Shown here: positions 28,639 to 43,501 of the stretch, in pieces | How positions within the stretch are numbered: position 1 is the stretch's first letter | How the letters are laid out: every line of letters begins with the position of its first letter | Origin: Octopus vulgaris | Taxonomy: Eukaryota | Length of the DNA stretch: 64,000 nt | Reading direction: 5' to 3' | NCBI GenBank assembly: GCA_951406725.2 | Contig: OX597825.1 | Span: forward strand, 7,936,001-8,000,000 | Notes under the pieces: model-generated | What the model was told of the DNA's origin: nothing | Seen by the model: the letters and a program-made list of their open reading frames with translations, nothing else | Database searches by the model: none | Translations under genes and position numbers: made by a program

Positions 28639-29777
28639 AGACGGAGAGCTGGCTGAAACGTTAGCACGCCGGACGAAATGCGTGGCAGTATTTCGTCTGC
28701 CGTTACGTTCTGAGTTCAAATTCCGCCGAGGTCGACTTTGCCTTTCATCCTTTCGGGATCGATAAATTAAGTACCAGTTATGCACTGGAGTCGATGTAAT
28801 CGACTTAATCCGTTTGTCTGTCCTTGTTTGTTTCCTCTATGTTTAGCCCCTTGCGGGTAATAAAGAAACAAATATTATTACAATACTACATAAGACGGAG
28901 GGCTGGCAGAATCGTTAGTGCGCTGGGTGGAAATACTTAGCGGCCTTTCTTTATGTTCTGAGTTCAAAAGCTGCCGAGGTCGGCTTAACTTTTTCTCCTT
29001 TAAGGGTCAATAAAATGAATAGTAGTTGAGCACTGGGTTCAATGAAAGTAACTTCGTCTATCCCGAGAGTTCTGACCTTGTGCCAAAATTTGAAACCTTT
29101 ATTTTTGCGATGCCGATTACACCGACATAACAACACATTCTAAGTTTCGGCACAAGGCCAGTAATTTCGAAGGGTGGGGTGATTGTCAGTTATATCGACA
29201 CCAGTATTGCACTGGTATTTATTTTATCGTCCTCGAAAGGTTGAAGCGCAAAGTTGACCTCGGAAAAATTTGAAATCAGAACGTTAAGTGGGACGAAACA
29301 CCGCTTAGCATGTTACCCGGCATGCCAACGATCTTGGTAGCTCATCGCTTTGACAGAAAAAAATAAATAAACAGATAAGACCGTTATTAAAATACTCTTT
29401 TCTATTCTTGGCACAAGGCCCGAAATTTTGGAGGGCGATGGGTGGGGGGGGTCAGTCGAAAAGATCAACCGCTGTACGCAACTGGTACTTAATTTATGCC
29501 CCCCCCCCCAAATGATGAAAGGGAAAGTCGACCACGTCGGAATTTGAACTCAGAACGTGCAATACTTTCATACTCTAGTCACAAGGCCCGAAATTTTGGG
29601 GAAAGGAACAAGTCGATTAAATCGACTCCGGTACGCATCTGGTACTTATTTAATCGACCCCGAAAGGATGAAAGGCAAAGTCGACCTCGGCGGAATTTGA
29701 ACTCAGAACATAGCGCCAGACGAAATACCGCTAGGAATTTCTCCCGGTGTGCTAACGCTTCTGCCAGCTCGCTGCCT
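28639..29777. mobile_element. Cluster of five SINE family B monomers (28639-28870 +, 28893-29100 +, 29140-29350 -, 29395-29777 - dimer)
   Basis: Each matches the family B head and/or central domain; first copy is flanked by degenerate AATATTATTA.A.TACTAC.TAA duplication. Confidence 0.85.
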
Positions 29778-30216
29778 TTTAATATCCAGCAATATTATTC
29801 TCATAATACTCTCTGCCAATATAAACTACACTACGCACATACATATCTTCACTTATTACCGTACAGTTTAGGCTAGAATTACTTTCCGCTTCATTTCGAA
29901 ATCATCTCCCGTATAGTCTTGCGTTGTTCTTCAAGGTACTGTCAGAGCATAATTGCCATCATAATTAAAGATGTACTTTTATTTAATTTAATATTTAGGC
30001 TAACTTTCAAGTATGCTGACAATTACGACTAAATTACGACTCTAAGTTACACAAATATCATATTTCAATGATATTCCATCAGTCTCACATCAATTAAGCT
30101 GTTTACAAGCAGCCAAAAGTCGAGCAACACGATTCGTTGGTCATTTCTTCTCGTGACGTCAGTTTTTAGCAGAAACGGTAAAAGTTGAATTGTATTTACA
30201 TTAGACATACGGGAAC

Positions 30217-30218
<2 letters not shown>

Positions 30219-30285
<67 letters not shown>

Positions 30286-30286
30286 T

Positions 30287-30376
<90 letters not shown>

Positions 30377-30387
30377 CATTATTATTA

Positions 30388-30430
<43 letters not shown>

Positions 30431-30744
30431 TATTATTATTATTGTTATTATTATTTTTTATTTTGTTGAACATGAAATAAATGGTTACAGAAAACCGTGT
30501 AAATCTTTGCTCCAGGCATTTCAGACGCTTGGAACTGAATCCTAATTTTGTTTCGGTGTGCACCGAATGAACTTTAAGACTGCAGAGAGTGAAACAGGAA
30601 GGAGAGATATTGGAACGACAACAACAACTACTACTACTACTACTAATACTACTAACACAACTACCACAACGACCACAACGACCACCACGACCACCACCGC
30701 CGACGCCGCCACGACCACGGCCACCACCACCACCACCACCACCG

Positions 30745-30790
<46 letters not shown>

Positions 30791-30826
30791 GGCCGACGCC
30801 GCCACCACCACCACCACCACCACCAT

Positions 30827-30859
<33 letters not shown>

Positions 30860-30926
30860 CACCGCCACCGCCGCCGCCGCTACCACCGCCACCACCACCA
30901 CCACTTCTACTACTACTACTACTACT
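30219..30926. repeat. (ATT)n tract and compound (ACT/ACC/GCC)n microsatellite
   Basis: Direct. Confidence 0.9.
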
Positions 30927-31546
30927 CAGCCTATTCAAAAGCTACACGAGCCGTTCCATAGTAAATGCCAGGAAAAAATCATCAATTACACGTAGAAATT
31001 GCTCCGATAATGCTTTTCCCCATTGAGAACAACAAAAACTTGTAATTTTACGTAGACATGAAAGCGAAGTCCTCCTCTTCCAGTGGTAACATGCAAAGTT
31101 TTAATGTGAAAGCCTCCTGCTTGTATATTAGTGGCGTAATTGACACGGAATGGCCACGGGATTAGCACTAACCAACGATATAATCAGACCATCGGCTCTA
31201 ACAGCTTCGTCGCTAACCATTGAAAGCCATGATGTTTTATGGAAACAGAAATAGCAAGTTGCGATATTTCTTTATTTCTCGAGGGACTGGATAATGGAAA
31301 TAAAGCGATAAAGCTCCATTTATTAACTCTGGGCAATTATTGGTTAAAAATATTGATTGCACGGTTCTGAAGTATCGAAAACATAAAAAGACGAGCTAAA
31401 GAGGGATCGTTTAAGCAGTGGCAACACTTCTAGAAATAGCAGCTAAATCTCGAGAATTGATCCATCGTGCGTATCTATTTAAATACAGATGTATGTAATG
31501 TATGTATCGGTATGTGTATATATACATACATACATACATACATACA

Positions 31547-31582
<36 letters not shown>

Positions 31583-31851
31583 TATATATATGCGTAAAAT
31601 TTTATAATTATGAGTATAATTATAACGAGGGCTCAGCAAAAATTTGCTTTACCGCATACCGAAATTTAGAAATAACAGTTAAAACTAACTATTTCAGTAC
31701 TATAACAAAATCTGTTTGTTTTCACATAATTATAAAATTTTATGTATAAGTTTACCGATAATGGTTCTTTTAACATACCGAGCTATTTGGTAAAATTATT
31801 AATTATTAATTAATTAATTAATTTTACGCTTTATTATTACGGATATGTATA

Positions 31852-31892
<41 letters not shown>

Positions 31893-31923
31893 GCATATAT
31901 ACATACGTATATTTACATACATC

Positions 31924-31962
<39 letters not shown>

Positions 31963-31983
31963 TTATATATGTATATATATATG

Positions 31984-32015
<32 letters not shown>

Positions 32016-32037
32016 TATATGTATATGTATATATATA

Positions 32038-32123
<86 letters not shown>

Positions 32124-32236
32124 CATATGTGTGTGTGCATGTAAGGAGAGAGAGAGAGAGAGAGAGAGAAGGAAAGGGAAGGAACATGAATAAAGGTGGA
32201 TTATTTCAGCTAGACAATCAAGATATTTTAAACATT

Positions 32237-32440
32237 TGTTTCAAATTCTGATACACGGCCAGTAATTTCGGGTTAGGAGGTAAATCGATTATTTCGATCC
32301 CAGTGTCCGACTGGTACTTCCTTTTATCCCCCGCCCCGCAAGGATGGAAGGCAAAATTGGCATTGGCATAATTTGAACTCAGAAAGCAATGTCGGATGAA
32401 ATGGCGCTAAGCATCATGTCCGACGCGCGGTTTCGATTCC
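32237..32440 (-). mobile_element. SINE family B, diverged
   Basis: AATTTGAACTCAGAA and CCCAGTGTCCGACTGGTACTT motifs. Confidence 0.7.
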
Positions 32441-32660
32441 TACCAAACTTCAAGACCTCAAAAGACAGTGTAAGAATTAGGCTTGGGGAAAAAACTGGTC
32501 AGTGAAATTAAGTATTTGTATGTTGGACATAACAGCTTTCGTTCCATTCGGAAGTGATGAAGCAAAACTATAATTAATAGCACTCTAACCATGACCATTT
32601 GTTCGTGTTTATTATCAAATATAACATAGCTAATACTACATTATAACCTTACTTTATAAA

Positions 32661-33066
32661 CTCTTACTCTTTACTCTTTTACTTGTTTCAGTCATTTGAC
32701 TGCGGCCATGCTGGAGCACCGCCTTTAGTCGAGCAACTCAACCCCGGGACTTATTCTTTTGTAAGCCCAGTACTTATTCTATCGGTCTCTTTTGCCGAAC
32801 CGCTAAGTTACGGGGACATAAACACACCAGCATCGGTTCTCAAGCAATGCTAGGGGACAAACACAGACACACAAATACACACACGCATATATATATTTAC
32901 ATATATACGACGGGCTTCTTTCAGTTTCCGTCTACCAAATCCACTCACAAGGCTTTGGTCGGTTCGAGGCTATAGTCGAAGACACTTGCCCAAGGTGCCA
33001 CGCAGTGGGACTGAACCCGGAACCATCTGGTTGGTAGACAAGCTACTTACCACACAGCCATTCCTG
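32661..33066 (-). mobile_element. SINE family A, full length
   Basis: Reverse-complement match to 1963-2371. Confidence 0.92.
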
Positions 33067-33174
33067 TCTTATATAAAGGTGATCTTACTTTATGAAGATG
33101 TCATAGTTCTTAGTGAGATTCAGCGTGACACTAAATATGGCATGGTTGAGTCTTTGAATTACAGGTACCGCTCA

Positions 33175-33306
33175 GTTTAGCCAGCTGTGTAGAGTGGAGT
33201 AACGTGAAGTAAAGGGTTTTACTCAAGGATACTGCACGCTACAGGGAGTCGAATCCACGGCCTGACAATCGTAAGCTGAATACTTATAACCGCTTAGCCA
33301 CGCGCT
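33175..33306 (-). mobile_element. SINE family C head fragment
   Basis: Minus strand GCGCGTGGCTAAGCGGTT..GATTCGACTCC..CCTTGAGTAAAACCCTTTACTTCACGTTACTCCACTC, homologous to 52408-52720. Confidence 0.7.
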
Positions 33307-33526
33307 TTCAAGGTTAATTGTCATTTAATAAATTACAAGGTGGCGAGCTGGTGGAATCGTTAGCACGCCGGGTGAAATGCTTAGATACATTCAAAGTTCT
33401 GGGTATACGTGTCTGCGGAGTACTCATTAGTTCTGGGTATACGTGTCTGCGGAGTACTGCGGAGTACACGTTAATTTGACGAGCAGGCTGTTCTAGATTT
33501 ACGTAACTAGATCGACGACGACGACG

Positions 33527-33559
<33 letters not shown>

Positions 33560-33985
33560 GCTCGCCACCACCGCCGACGCCCCCACCATCATCACCACCG
33601 CTGACGCTGACGCCACCACCATCACCACCGCTGATGCCGACGCCGCCGCCGCCACCACCACCACCACCACCACCATCACCACCACCACCACCACCACCAC
33701 CACTACTACTACTACTACAGCCTATTCCAAGTATATCGAAACTGAAGCAATTGCGGGAGGGAACAGTCATTTTAGCAACAACAACAAAACCCCACTCATT
33801 TGTCATTCACTTCATGAGGTGTTCAAGTTTGTTTCACTTCTGCAACCTTTAACCGGAAGAGTTCGTAACTAGGTGACAGAACAGATGTACGATGACACTT
33901 ATCAAAATTATCATCACACAACTTTAGACGTACAGTGAATTCCTAAGTTCCTGCTTAATTTTGCATGGCTAAAATAGATCTTCCT

Positions 33986-34188
33986 AAGGCGGTGAGCTGG
34001 CAGAAACGTTAGCATGCCGGACGAAATGCGTAGCCATAGTTCGTCTGCCGTTATGTTCTGAGTTCAAATTCCGCCGAGGTCGGTAAGTACCAGTTACGCA
34101 CTGGAGTCGATATAATCGACTTAATCCGTTCGTCTGTCATTGTTTGTCCCCTCTATGTTTAGCTCCTTGTGGGAAATAAAGAAATAGG
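33986..34188 (+). mobile_element. SINE family B with internal deletion and 15-bp TSD
   Basis: TSD TAAAATAGATCTTCC at 33970-33984 and 34189-34203. Confidence 0.9.
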
Positions 34189-34677
34189 TAAAATAGATCT
34201 TCCACATTTCGACAAATATAGCAAAGTCTACAGCAGCATTTCCTGCAAAAACCACAGCTGTATTTGATCTCAGGTGGCAAGATATAATTTCGTCATTATG
34301 AATTTCTGAGAAGATAACAAATAGCTGTTGGACGCCTTCTTCTCTGATTTTACAGATTCCATTTTCAAAGTCATCCATCGAAAGAATATCTTATCAGCTA
34401 ATTCCGCCTCTCCTTACATTCTTCCCATCGTCATCATCATAATCATCACCACCTTTATCATCATGAGATATTCGAAAACATGTATCAGTCTTATACAAAT
34501 ATAGGTATTAATATTGTCGGTGAAGAATTGTGAAGTTACGTTAGTGAAGAGAGATATGTATAGGGAGTTAGAGAGGCGGAGGGATAGAGAGAGAAGTTGC
34601 AAAAGACAGGATTAGATAATAATACGTTGGCTTAACTAAAACCATCGTCTTGGTTGATGTGGTGGTGGTGATGGTGG

Positions 34678-34744
<67 letters not shown>

Positions 34745-35552
34745 ATGAATATAATTATTGTATGCAAAACATTTTCCGTAAGCATAACTTTACAGTTGTT
34801 ACATCTTATAATCTTAAAGCCGTCATCTAACCGTTTTGATGTATGTATGTATGTATGTATTTATGTACCTATTTATGTATGTATGTATGTATGTGTGTAT
34901 GTATGTATGTATGTATGTATGTATGTATGTATGTGTGTGTTTATGTACGTATTTATGTATGTATGTATGTGTGCATGTATGTATGTATGTATGTATTTAT
35001 GTATGTCTTTATGTATGTATGTATGTATGTATGTATGTATGTATGTACGTACGCATGTATGTATATGCCCGTGTGTATATCTATGTATGTGTGTGATGGA
35101 TGTATTTCTATACATTTCTGTGTGTAACAAAAGAATGGAATAATTATTGCTAGATAAACATTTCTGCCTGTGTTTGAGTGTTTACCAGTTTTATAAACCA
35201 TTGACAAACCATCTTTAATAAAAGTAAATCGGTTAATCATATTAAAATAATATATCTGATTAGGACTTACATTGTTGTATTAGTAATCTGAGAATTACTG
35301 CAATAATTCAGTAAAAGATGTTTCTGATATATTTTGTCTCTGATTAAAATTCTTCCAATCCTCTCACACCGATTCACACTCGCCCTGGTATTCCATATCC
35401 TATATCGCACACGCACTGGCGTTTGAACATTTTCTTAAATGGAAACAATTTGTCAAGAAGTTTGCTAAAAAAAGAAGAAACGAATGACGGTTATCGATGA
35501 ATATAGATCTTACTTGCAATAATTTACAAAATAACAAATTCACTGCGAATTC

Positions 35553-35623
<71 letters not shown>

Positions 35624-35804
35624 GGATAAAATTTTTCGAAATGGCCAGCATATTAAAAATATACCTTTAAAGGTTAAATTTATAAACAACTTATAAACAA
35701 GGGCAAAAGAAAAAATTCTAATGCCAAATATGCCGAAAATAGACAAATCGTCAAATCGGTATATTTGGCATTAGAATTTTTTTCTTTTGCCCTTGTTTAT
35801 AAGT

Positions 35805-35869
<65 letters not shown>

Positions 35870-36582
35870 GCCAAACCACCTGCGCATCAATGTATTATTT
35901 TCAAGAGCCACCAGCAATTTTCTGATGAACGCTAATCGAACATAACATATTCGATTAGCCTTCATTAGGTAAAATAGTTTCTAAATTATCAACAGAAAGA
36001 TGTAACTGGGTCGCATCCTACTATAATATGGCACGAGGGAGAAGTGGTTTTACTCATAAAGATAGTTGATATGGAGAATTCCTTCTGCATATTTAAAAAT
36101 CCGAAAAGTTAGAGAGAAGGGTATTTTGGTATAATCCTACATTCACCCTAGACGTTGCCATTAATCTTATTTTAACTTCCTAAAATAATTATAAAAGTTT
36201 ACCTCAGAGATATCGTCAACTCTCTAATTGTTATTAGGTCAAGGTTAGCTAACCATGGCTATATGATATTGTTCCCAATACTGCCCGCTTCAATGAAACA
36301 CACAAATGCCCACACAGTCTACATTCTACAGTCCAGTCTGTAATTGCTGAAGTCCTGTTAAATACCCACTGAATTGATCCTGTCTTTTGAAAGCTGTCTA
36401 TTACAGAACCACCCTCTTACCATCCAGTGGAATCTTCAGATACTTTGCGGACAAGACAGCTGATTGCTGTAATGGAAGTCATTAACAGTTTATAAAATAC
36501 TTGGGGGGAATCAAACCATCAGCCACTGATAATCTGGCTATGCCACCCTAAGCCAGGCTGGCCCATGGAAATATAGTAAAAT

Positions 36583-36803
36583 ATTCGAGAAGGTGCTGTA
36601 AAGATCTTGGTTTAAATGTATCGCAAAGGCCCTGGTTGGTGGCCCAAAATTCCGAGTTCTTTCACAAGGCTTAGACGAATCTGAAGGATCACTGCAATAA
36701 GTGTGTGAATCTGAGAGGGGAAAATGTTGAATAAATTCATAATAAAGAGTTTTTCCTGTATATTTTTTTTACCCAAAGTTAAGAATTTTTCAGTATCCCC
36801 TAG
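36583..36803 (+). mobile_element. Mariner-derived MITE, degraded
   Basis: Homologous to 58822-59025; contains CACTGCAATAAGTGTGTGAATCTGAGAGGGGAAAATGTTGAATAA (HCNKCVNLRGENVE*). Confidence 0.7.
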
Positions 36804-37515
36804 CATACTTACTACTCCCCGAAGAGATTCCTACGTACTACGACAGAATCGTGTGAAGGACATTCAAATGTAACTCGGACTGTATGACACCAATTACCTA
36901 CTCATGTAGTAAGTGTTTCCGCTTTTTATTAGAACCTGTAGAATACGATTAACCTGACGTCTCCTCTTCTCCGTGTAACATTCACTGAAAAAACTAGTTG
37001 TGTTCCTGAAACGTTACTCGTCACAGAATGCCAGCGTATTATGTGAAGGGGGTTCCACTTAAAGAACTAAAGTCAATAACTGATATGAAACCCTCAATGC
37101 TCAACTAAAGAAACAGTCTCTTTTAAGATCTCATAACCTCGAATTCGAAATGTTTTTATTATGTACCAATGTTACGAAAATTTAAGCGATTGGGAGTTGA
37201 GTAAAACAGTGGCCCATTGTACTTACTTCTTGATTATGCTCTTTGTGGCCGCGTGTTATAATGGTTAATATAGATCGCTTTCCAAATTCATGTTCCGACT
37301 CTTCATCCTAATGCCTTCTCGAAGATTTTTGAGCGTCTCAATGTATAGCTCGCTATGGATACGTATCGATCAATAGAGTATTGATTCAAATCCATATTTT
37401 TCTCTTCCCAAGTCTGTTTCTCTTCTTGTATATATAAGTGTATTGGTGTGTGTACATAGACATACGTACACTCACACACACGTACAGATACACAGAACAT
37501 ATTTACATACACACT

Positions 37516-37546
<31 letters not shown>

Positions 37547-37775
37547 GTATAAATGTATATGCATGTATGTATATGTATATATGTATGTATGTATATATAT
37601 ATATGTATATATATATATGTATGTATATACATATATATGCATATGTATACATACTTCATACACTACACACACACATTGATAGATAGATATAAATATATAC
37701 GTACATATATATATATATAATATGTAGGTATATGTAATATATATATACATATATAAATACATATTATATATACCT

Positions 37776-37851
<76 letters not shown>

Positions 37852-40635
37852 GCATATATTTATATCTATCTATCAATGTGTGTGTGTGTAGTGTATGAAT
37901 TACGTGTGTGTGAATGCATTCTTTGGTAAGAGAATATATGTTTACGTAACACAGAAAAGAACTAGCGCCCATTATTATTGGTTTGGAATATTCAGTTGCA
38001 TTGTTTAGTTTCCCGGAGGGTGCGATTACACAACGAATACTCGCTGATTTTGAAGTTTGTCTCCTCCCACTATTCTTTCGTTTAATCACACATAATACTG
38101 GACCCAGTCATTTTTGCTTCAGATACTTGACCGATATACTGATTTATCGAGAGATAAATGTAAAATACAAGAAATCGATAAGTCTGCTCTGTATAAAAAA
38201 ACAAAAAAAAACAAAACAAAAAAACAAAAAAACTTACCAAGCTGATCAAGGACCTTTTCATCATTACTTGGCTTTGATATATTGCCTAAATATTAATTAC
38301 TGCCATATTATTCAAAGAGAAACCCTCCTTTCCCTTCAACCGTTTTCTTTATTTATTCTCCGGTTAAATTAATAAATACGTAAATAAATAAAACAAAAAG
38401 AACAGATAAAGAGAAATAAATAGTAAACTAAAAAAAAAATAAAGCATTTTCAATCTGGCACAAGACAGCTTAATCAACTCTGGGCTACAGGATGTCTGAA
38501 TTAATCTAAAAACGGATTAAATTACGTTTCATATATTTTACCAGATGAACGTTTTTTTTTTGTTTTGTATATTTATATATTTTACTTGTCGTTTGTTTTT
38601 GAATGTGAATGGGTATATTAATAAGAGTTACGACTAGTTGAATCGATAAGTATATGGATTACTGAGTAATGAATGATGCTGGTTCGTATCGGACCACTGA
38701 CAAAGGCCAGTGTCCCTTAAAAAGATATTCGATAACCAACAGGTCAGAAACAGTGCATATAGCTGCTGCTGCTGTGGCATTGATGTTAGCTGCATCTTTT
38801 TGTGCAATTCCTAATAGTTTTGCAAGATGTTGCAATTAACCTTTAAGTATTCAACTAAGTAGAGGGAAGTGGCCATTAATGGCTGATAGACTAATATTTT
38901 ATTCTTCTCTTCAGAATGGATCACTTGGTGCTCTGTTTGACCTTCCGATGGTTGGTATCGATATGGAACAATATAAAGCAATATCCGATACGTGGACGCA
39001 TAACTTACTAGAAACAGCAGATAATTTTTCTAAAAGCAAGCTTTACCCTCCTGTGAATCCATAAAGATTATATACCAATGAAAAGACGTAATGTTCACTG
39101 CTATTATCGATCTCTATTAAAGGCCAACAACACAAGAAGAAAAGCAGGTTAGCAAACGAGGGAACACTCCACTATAGTAGGGCTTCGTTATCTTTTGTTA
39201 TTCTGCCGACAATTTGATGAGAAATTTCTATAAGCATCCCTCTGTGTTATCCCTTACCCAAATCTGACGTGGATACATTTCTGTATATGCGCTCCTTCAT
39301 CTTCCATTTCTACATTAGTGACCTTCAAATTGCCACATCAAACAATGACCTTTTGTAAGCAGATAATACACTATTGTCTAAGCAATACACCGTACGTATA
39401 AATCTCCTTCAGTCATCCATGCACAACGGAGACACCAAATGCAAAACACACTCCAATTACATGAAATGGGAAATTAGATGAATTGGAATAGTCTCACTTT
39501 TAATAGTAGGTCAGTAGACACATACGATGCTCATACCAAGAAAAATATCATCACCCATTAAATATGAGCAGCATGCAACGAACGCATTTCCGATAGCACC
39601 GAATGTCGTTTCACACAGTCAACGAGGACTTCATCTACCGAAAGCACATACGTAAAATTTCCAGGACCGCAACCCAACAATTGACTCATCTCCGACAATT
39701 AGTGAAGCCCGACAAAGCTCGGGTGTCTCCGAGGAACGGACACTGCTCTACGTGACGATGCCTGCTGATCTACACACTCAGACTTCCTAAATTACTTCCT
39801 TAGAGTTGGCAGACCACGTGTTATCTACATTCAAGTTTCCTCGGACATTCGATTTACATCTATTTTTGTCTTACAATACCCCAAGAATAGTAACACTTAC
39901 AGTTGGGCTTCGGAAGCCAAGGTTACTGCTTCTTCATCTTCAGATAACAAGTATAAAGAATATATTTGTACGATGTCTGTGAGCCCCAAAGCACGAAGCT
40001 ATTAAAATGCCAATTACATATAATCAGATCCCTAGAATAAGCACTGATTGCACGGTAAAATGCGTATGTTCAGATTTTGCAGTGAAAAACTTAAGAACAT
40101 CCACGAACAACTTTCTCTTTCTTCTATGTGTCAAACACAAAATTACTCAAGCAGAGTGTCACCCCAGTGTACAGTAAAGGTCTGTAAAACATCAAAACCG
40201 AACTTGACAATGACGTCGATATAGTTCCTTCGAGTGCTGTCTGAGTTCGTGATAAAATAAAGATTGACCGTTATTGCACAACGTATTTATAGATTGCAGA
40301 AATGCAATAAAGTCAGGCGAATCACAATTTTTCAATAATCACCCTCTGCTTTATGAAAACTTATAACCAGAGTTATTTAAAATAAAGAACAATACATAGA
40401 GTAAACTACTGTCAAATAGATATTTCAAGGAAATAATAGATTTAAATATGGCGCCAGTTTAATCATATTCTTATTCCGGCGGTTTGTCAGGTATTTATTA
40501 AAAGAGACCTTTTATATAAGTAACCACCAATGAGGTGTTTTTGAGAAGTTATTTTTTATCACTAACTTTTCGTTCAACACTATTTCATTTTTTTCTGAAA
40601 ATACATCCATATATAAATATATATGTACATATATG

Positions 40636-40682
<47 letters not shown>

Positions 40683-41639
40683 ATATATATATATTTATAT
40701 GTATATATATACATATAAATATATATACATATATATATATATGCCACACATGTATAAGTATATACTCATACACAAAAGCCTAGATTATACATGTATAGAC
40801 AAACACACGCGCGCGCGTGTGTGTATGTGTTGTTTCCAATTTATGTTTAATAGAGTCTTTAGATTGGAACAAAGCATTTTAATGCGATCGACTCGCTAGA
40901 GAGAATGTAAAGTTCAGTAGGGTATAAGCGTCACACAGATTCATGATCGGTCTTCTCAGAAAATGAGGCCCCACGGTGATTCGAAAAATCGATGTTATAT
41001 GTTTTAGATGAAGTGACTCGTTGCCAAAGAAAAAAAAGAAATGATTGTTTTGTTGATTTGAGTAAAGTAAAAAAGAAAAGCATTTCGATTAATATAATAT
41101 TCTATATATGTATGTATGTCTTTATACAGATACACACACAAATACATGTGTATATATAACGATGTATAAACATGTATGTGAGAATGATTTGCACACACAC
41201 ACACACACACATACACAAGTAGAAACACACACACACGTCCTTTCGCAATGGTATTTCCTTTTACAACCTCGTAAAGACAAAAACAAAAAAACTGACCGCC
41301 TCTATACACTATATATAGCGTATAACTTCTTACTGAATGATAAACCTGATATGTAAAACTCTCACCGGCCGCCTGCTCACGTCTCCTTCGTACGGACCGA
41401 ATTTACAACTTGAGTAGTTAATCGCGTGTGTGGTATCAATGGAAAACCTCAAACTTGCCGATCCTCTGCTGATTCTTTCTACAGGATGTCATAGGTTTAT
41501 ATGAAAGCTTGAGACATTCAGACATAAATTATTAACCTAAACCAATGCTAAAATCAAAAATAGCTCACGAACCGGAACCATACTTTAGAACTCTATTCTT
41601 TACCACGACGAGATCTGGTAAGCATTGTTAGAGATTACT

Positions 41640-42040
41640 GTTGCTTTATTACTTTTTTACTCCAAGCCTTCCTTTCCCATCAATATTATCGATAATGACT
41701 GCGGAGGAAGGATGCCAAAAAATGTTGATTTATCTAAGATATTTCTTTTCTTTATCCAAACCACAAAGCTACATGGATTCTATTTTTCATAACATTAAGC
41801 AGTTACGAGCCAAATTTTCCACTTGAGTGATCACTTGTCTGTTTCAAGTAGCTTCTCTTTTTTATATTGCAGAAACAAAGTACGAAAAGCCAATGAATGG
41901 CTCATCCAACTCTTAGCTCTGCTCTAGGTTAGAATGGTGATTTTTTACCAGTCTTGGCACCTGGTCTTAGCTAGGAAGACTGTATTCGGATTGCTAATCC
42001 ATGTCTACTTGTCCAACTCATCAATTCATTCTTCTAGCAT
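41640..42040 (-). pseudogene. Possible very old LINE (CR1-like) RT remnant
   Basis: Weak residual motifs (E.IDELD, QH..P) with many stops. Confidence 0.25.
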
Positions 42041-42054
42041 ATACTTTTATTTAA

Positions 42055-42432
42055 GTGTGGCTGTGTGGTAAGAAGCTTGCTTCCAAAACCACATGGTTCC
42101 AAGTTCAGTCTCAATGCGAGGCACATAGGGCAAACGTCTTCTACTATAGCCTTGGGCCAACCAAAGCCTTGTGAGTGGATTTGGTTGTCGGAAACTGAAA
42201 GAAGCCCATCGTATTATGTATATATGTATATATGTGTGTGTTTGTGTGTCTGGGTTTGTCCCCCCAACTGACAACTGATGCTGGTGTGTTTACGTCCCCG
42301 TAACTCAACGACCCGGCAAAAAAGACCAATAGGCTTACAAAGAATACGTCTCTGGGTCGATTTGCTCGACTAAAGGCGGTGCTCCAGCATGACCGCAGTC
42401 ATATGACTGAAGCAAGTAAAAGAGTAAAAGAG
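42055..42432 (+). mobile_element. SINE family A
   Basis: Matches 1963-2371 including the AAGTAAAAGAGTAAAAGAG tail. Confidence 0.9.
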
Positions 42433-43377
42433 CAATCTGAGTAGTTTATCTCACTGAATTAGACATTCTGAAAACAGTGAAGCAGATTATGAAGGCTAAA
42501 AATAAAAGTAGTAACCGGTTGACTTTCACTTGAATATGACACAAGCATTCCTGTAACATTAAGACGGCCACCGCCAGAAATATCACGAGGGTGCGAAACC
42601 CTAATTAATGCCACTTGATACAAATATTCCTCAATGGTATGTCACACGACGTAGGTCAGACACGAATTGCTGTCAATAGAACTACCAAATAATCACAATC
42701 TTTAGAAATAAACCAATTTCAGAAGAATGTATTTTGTTATTTTGCTCATAATTTAGAGCAAATTATAGTCTGTCTGTTAAAAAGTGACTTGCATTAAAAT
42801 GACACCCTTGCAAGTGAAATGGTGCGCTAATATGTTTTGCTTTTAAAATTCTGTGTTGGAATTTTATGTTGAAATATTTTAAATTATATCTTTGCTGTAT
42901 TGTTGTCCATGTAGTAAAAAATAAATATATTGTCTTACATACTTTTGAAAAAAAATGCTATTGTCAAAAAGTTAGAGTAATTTTCACTCTCATAAAAAAA
43001 ATCACAGTATGATATATATGCTACGTGGTATAAGAAATATGCTACAATATATATATATATATATATGTTTGTGTGTGTGTGTATGTGCGTGTGTGTGTGT
43101 GTGCGTGTGTGTTTGTATATATATATATATATACATATAAATATATATATGTTAGTGTGTGTTTATATACTACAGCCACGACTTTGGAGCCAGGTTAAGT
43201 TAATTGCTTTAGATCACTCTGTTGTCATGTGCCTACCGCCTCCAAATTTATAAACCCGACGCAGTAAAACAACACGAATGTGATTGCTGGGGAGAGTAAA
43301 GGTACACGAATACACGGGAGTAACGAAAAATTGAAGTGCTTTGTCTCAAGGAACCGAACCCACATCCTTGTGATCAT

Positions 43378-43463
43378 CTAAGTTACGGGAACGTAAACAC
43401 ACCAGCATCGCTTGACAACCGATGCTGGGGGGGACAAACACAGACACACCAACATACACACTC

Positions 43464-43501
<38 letters not shown>

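Noticed and set aside
36040-36420. Possible RTE-like endonuclease remnant on the minus strand
   Set aside because: Only faint motif similarity; cannot be supported without alignment.
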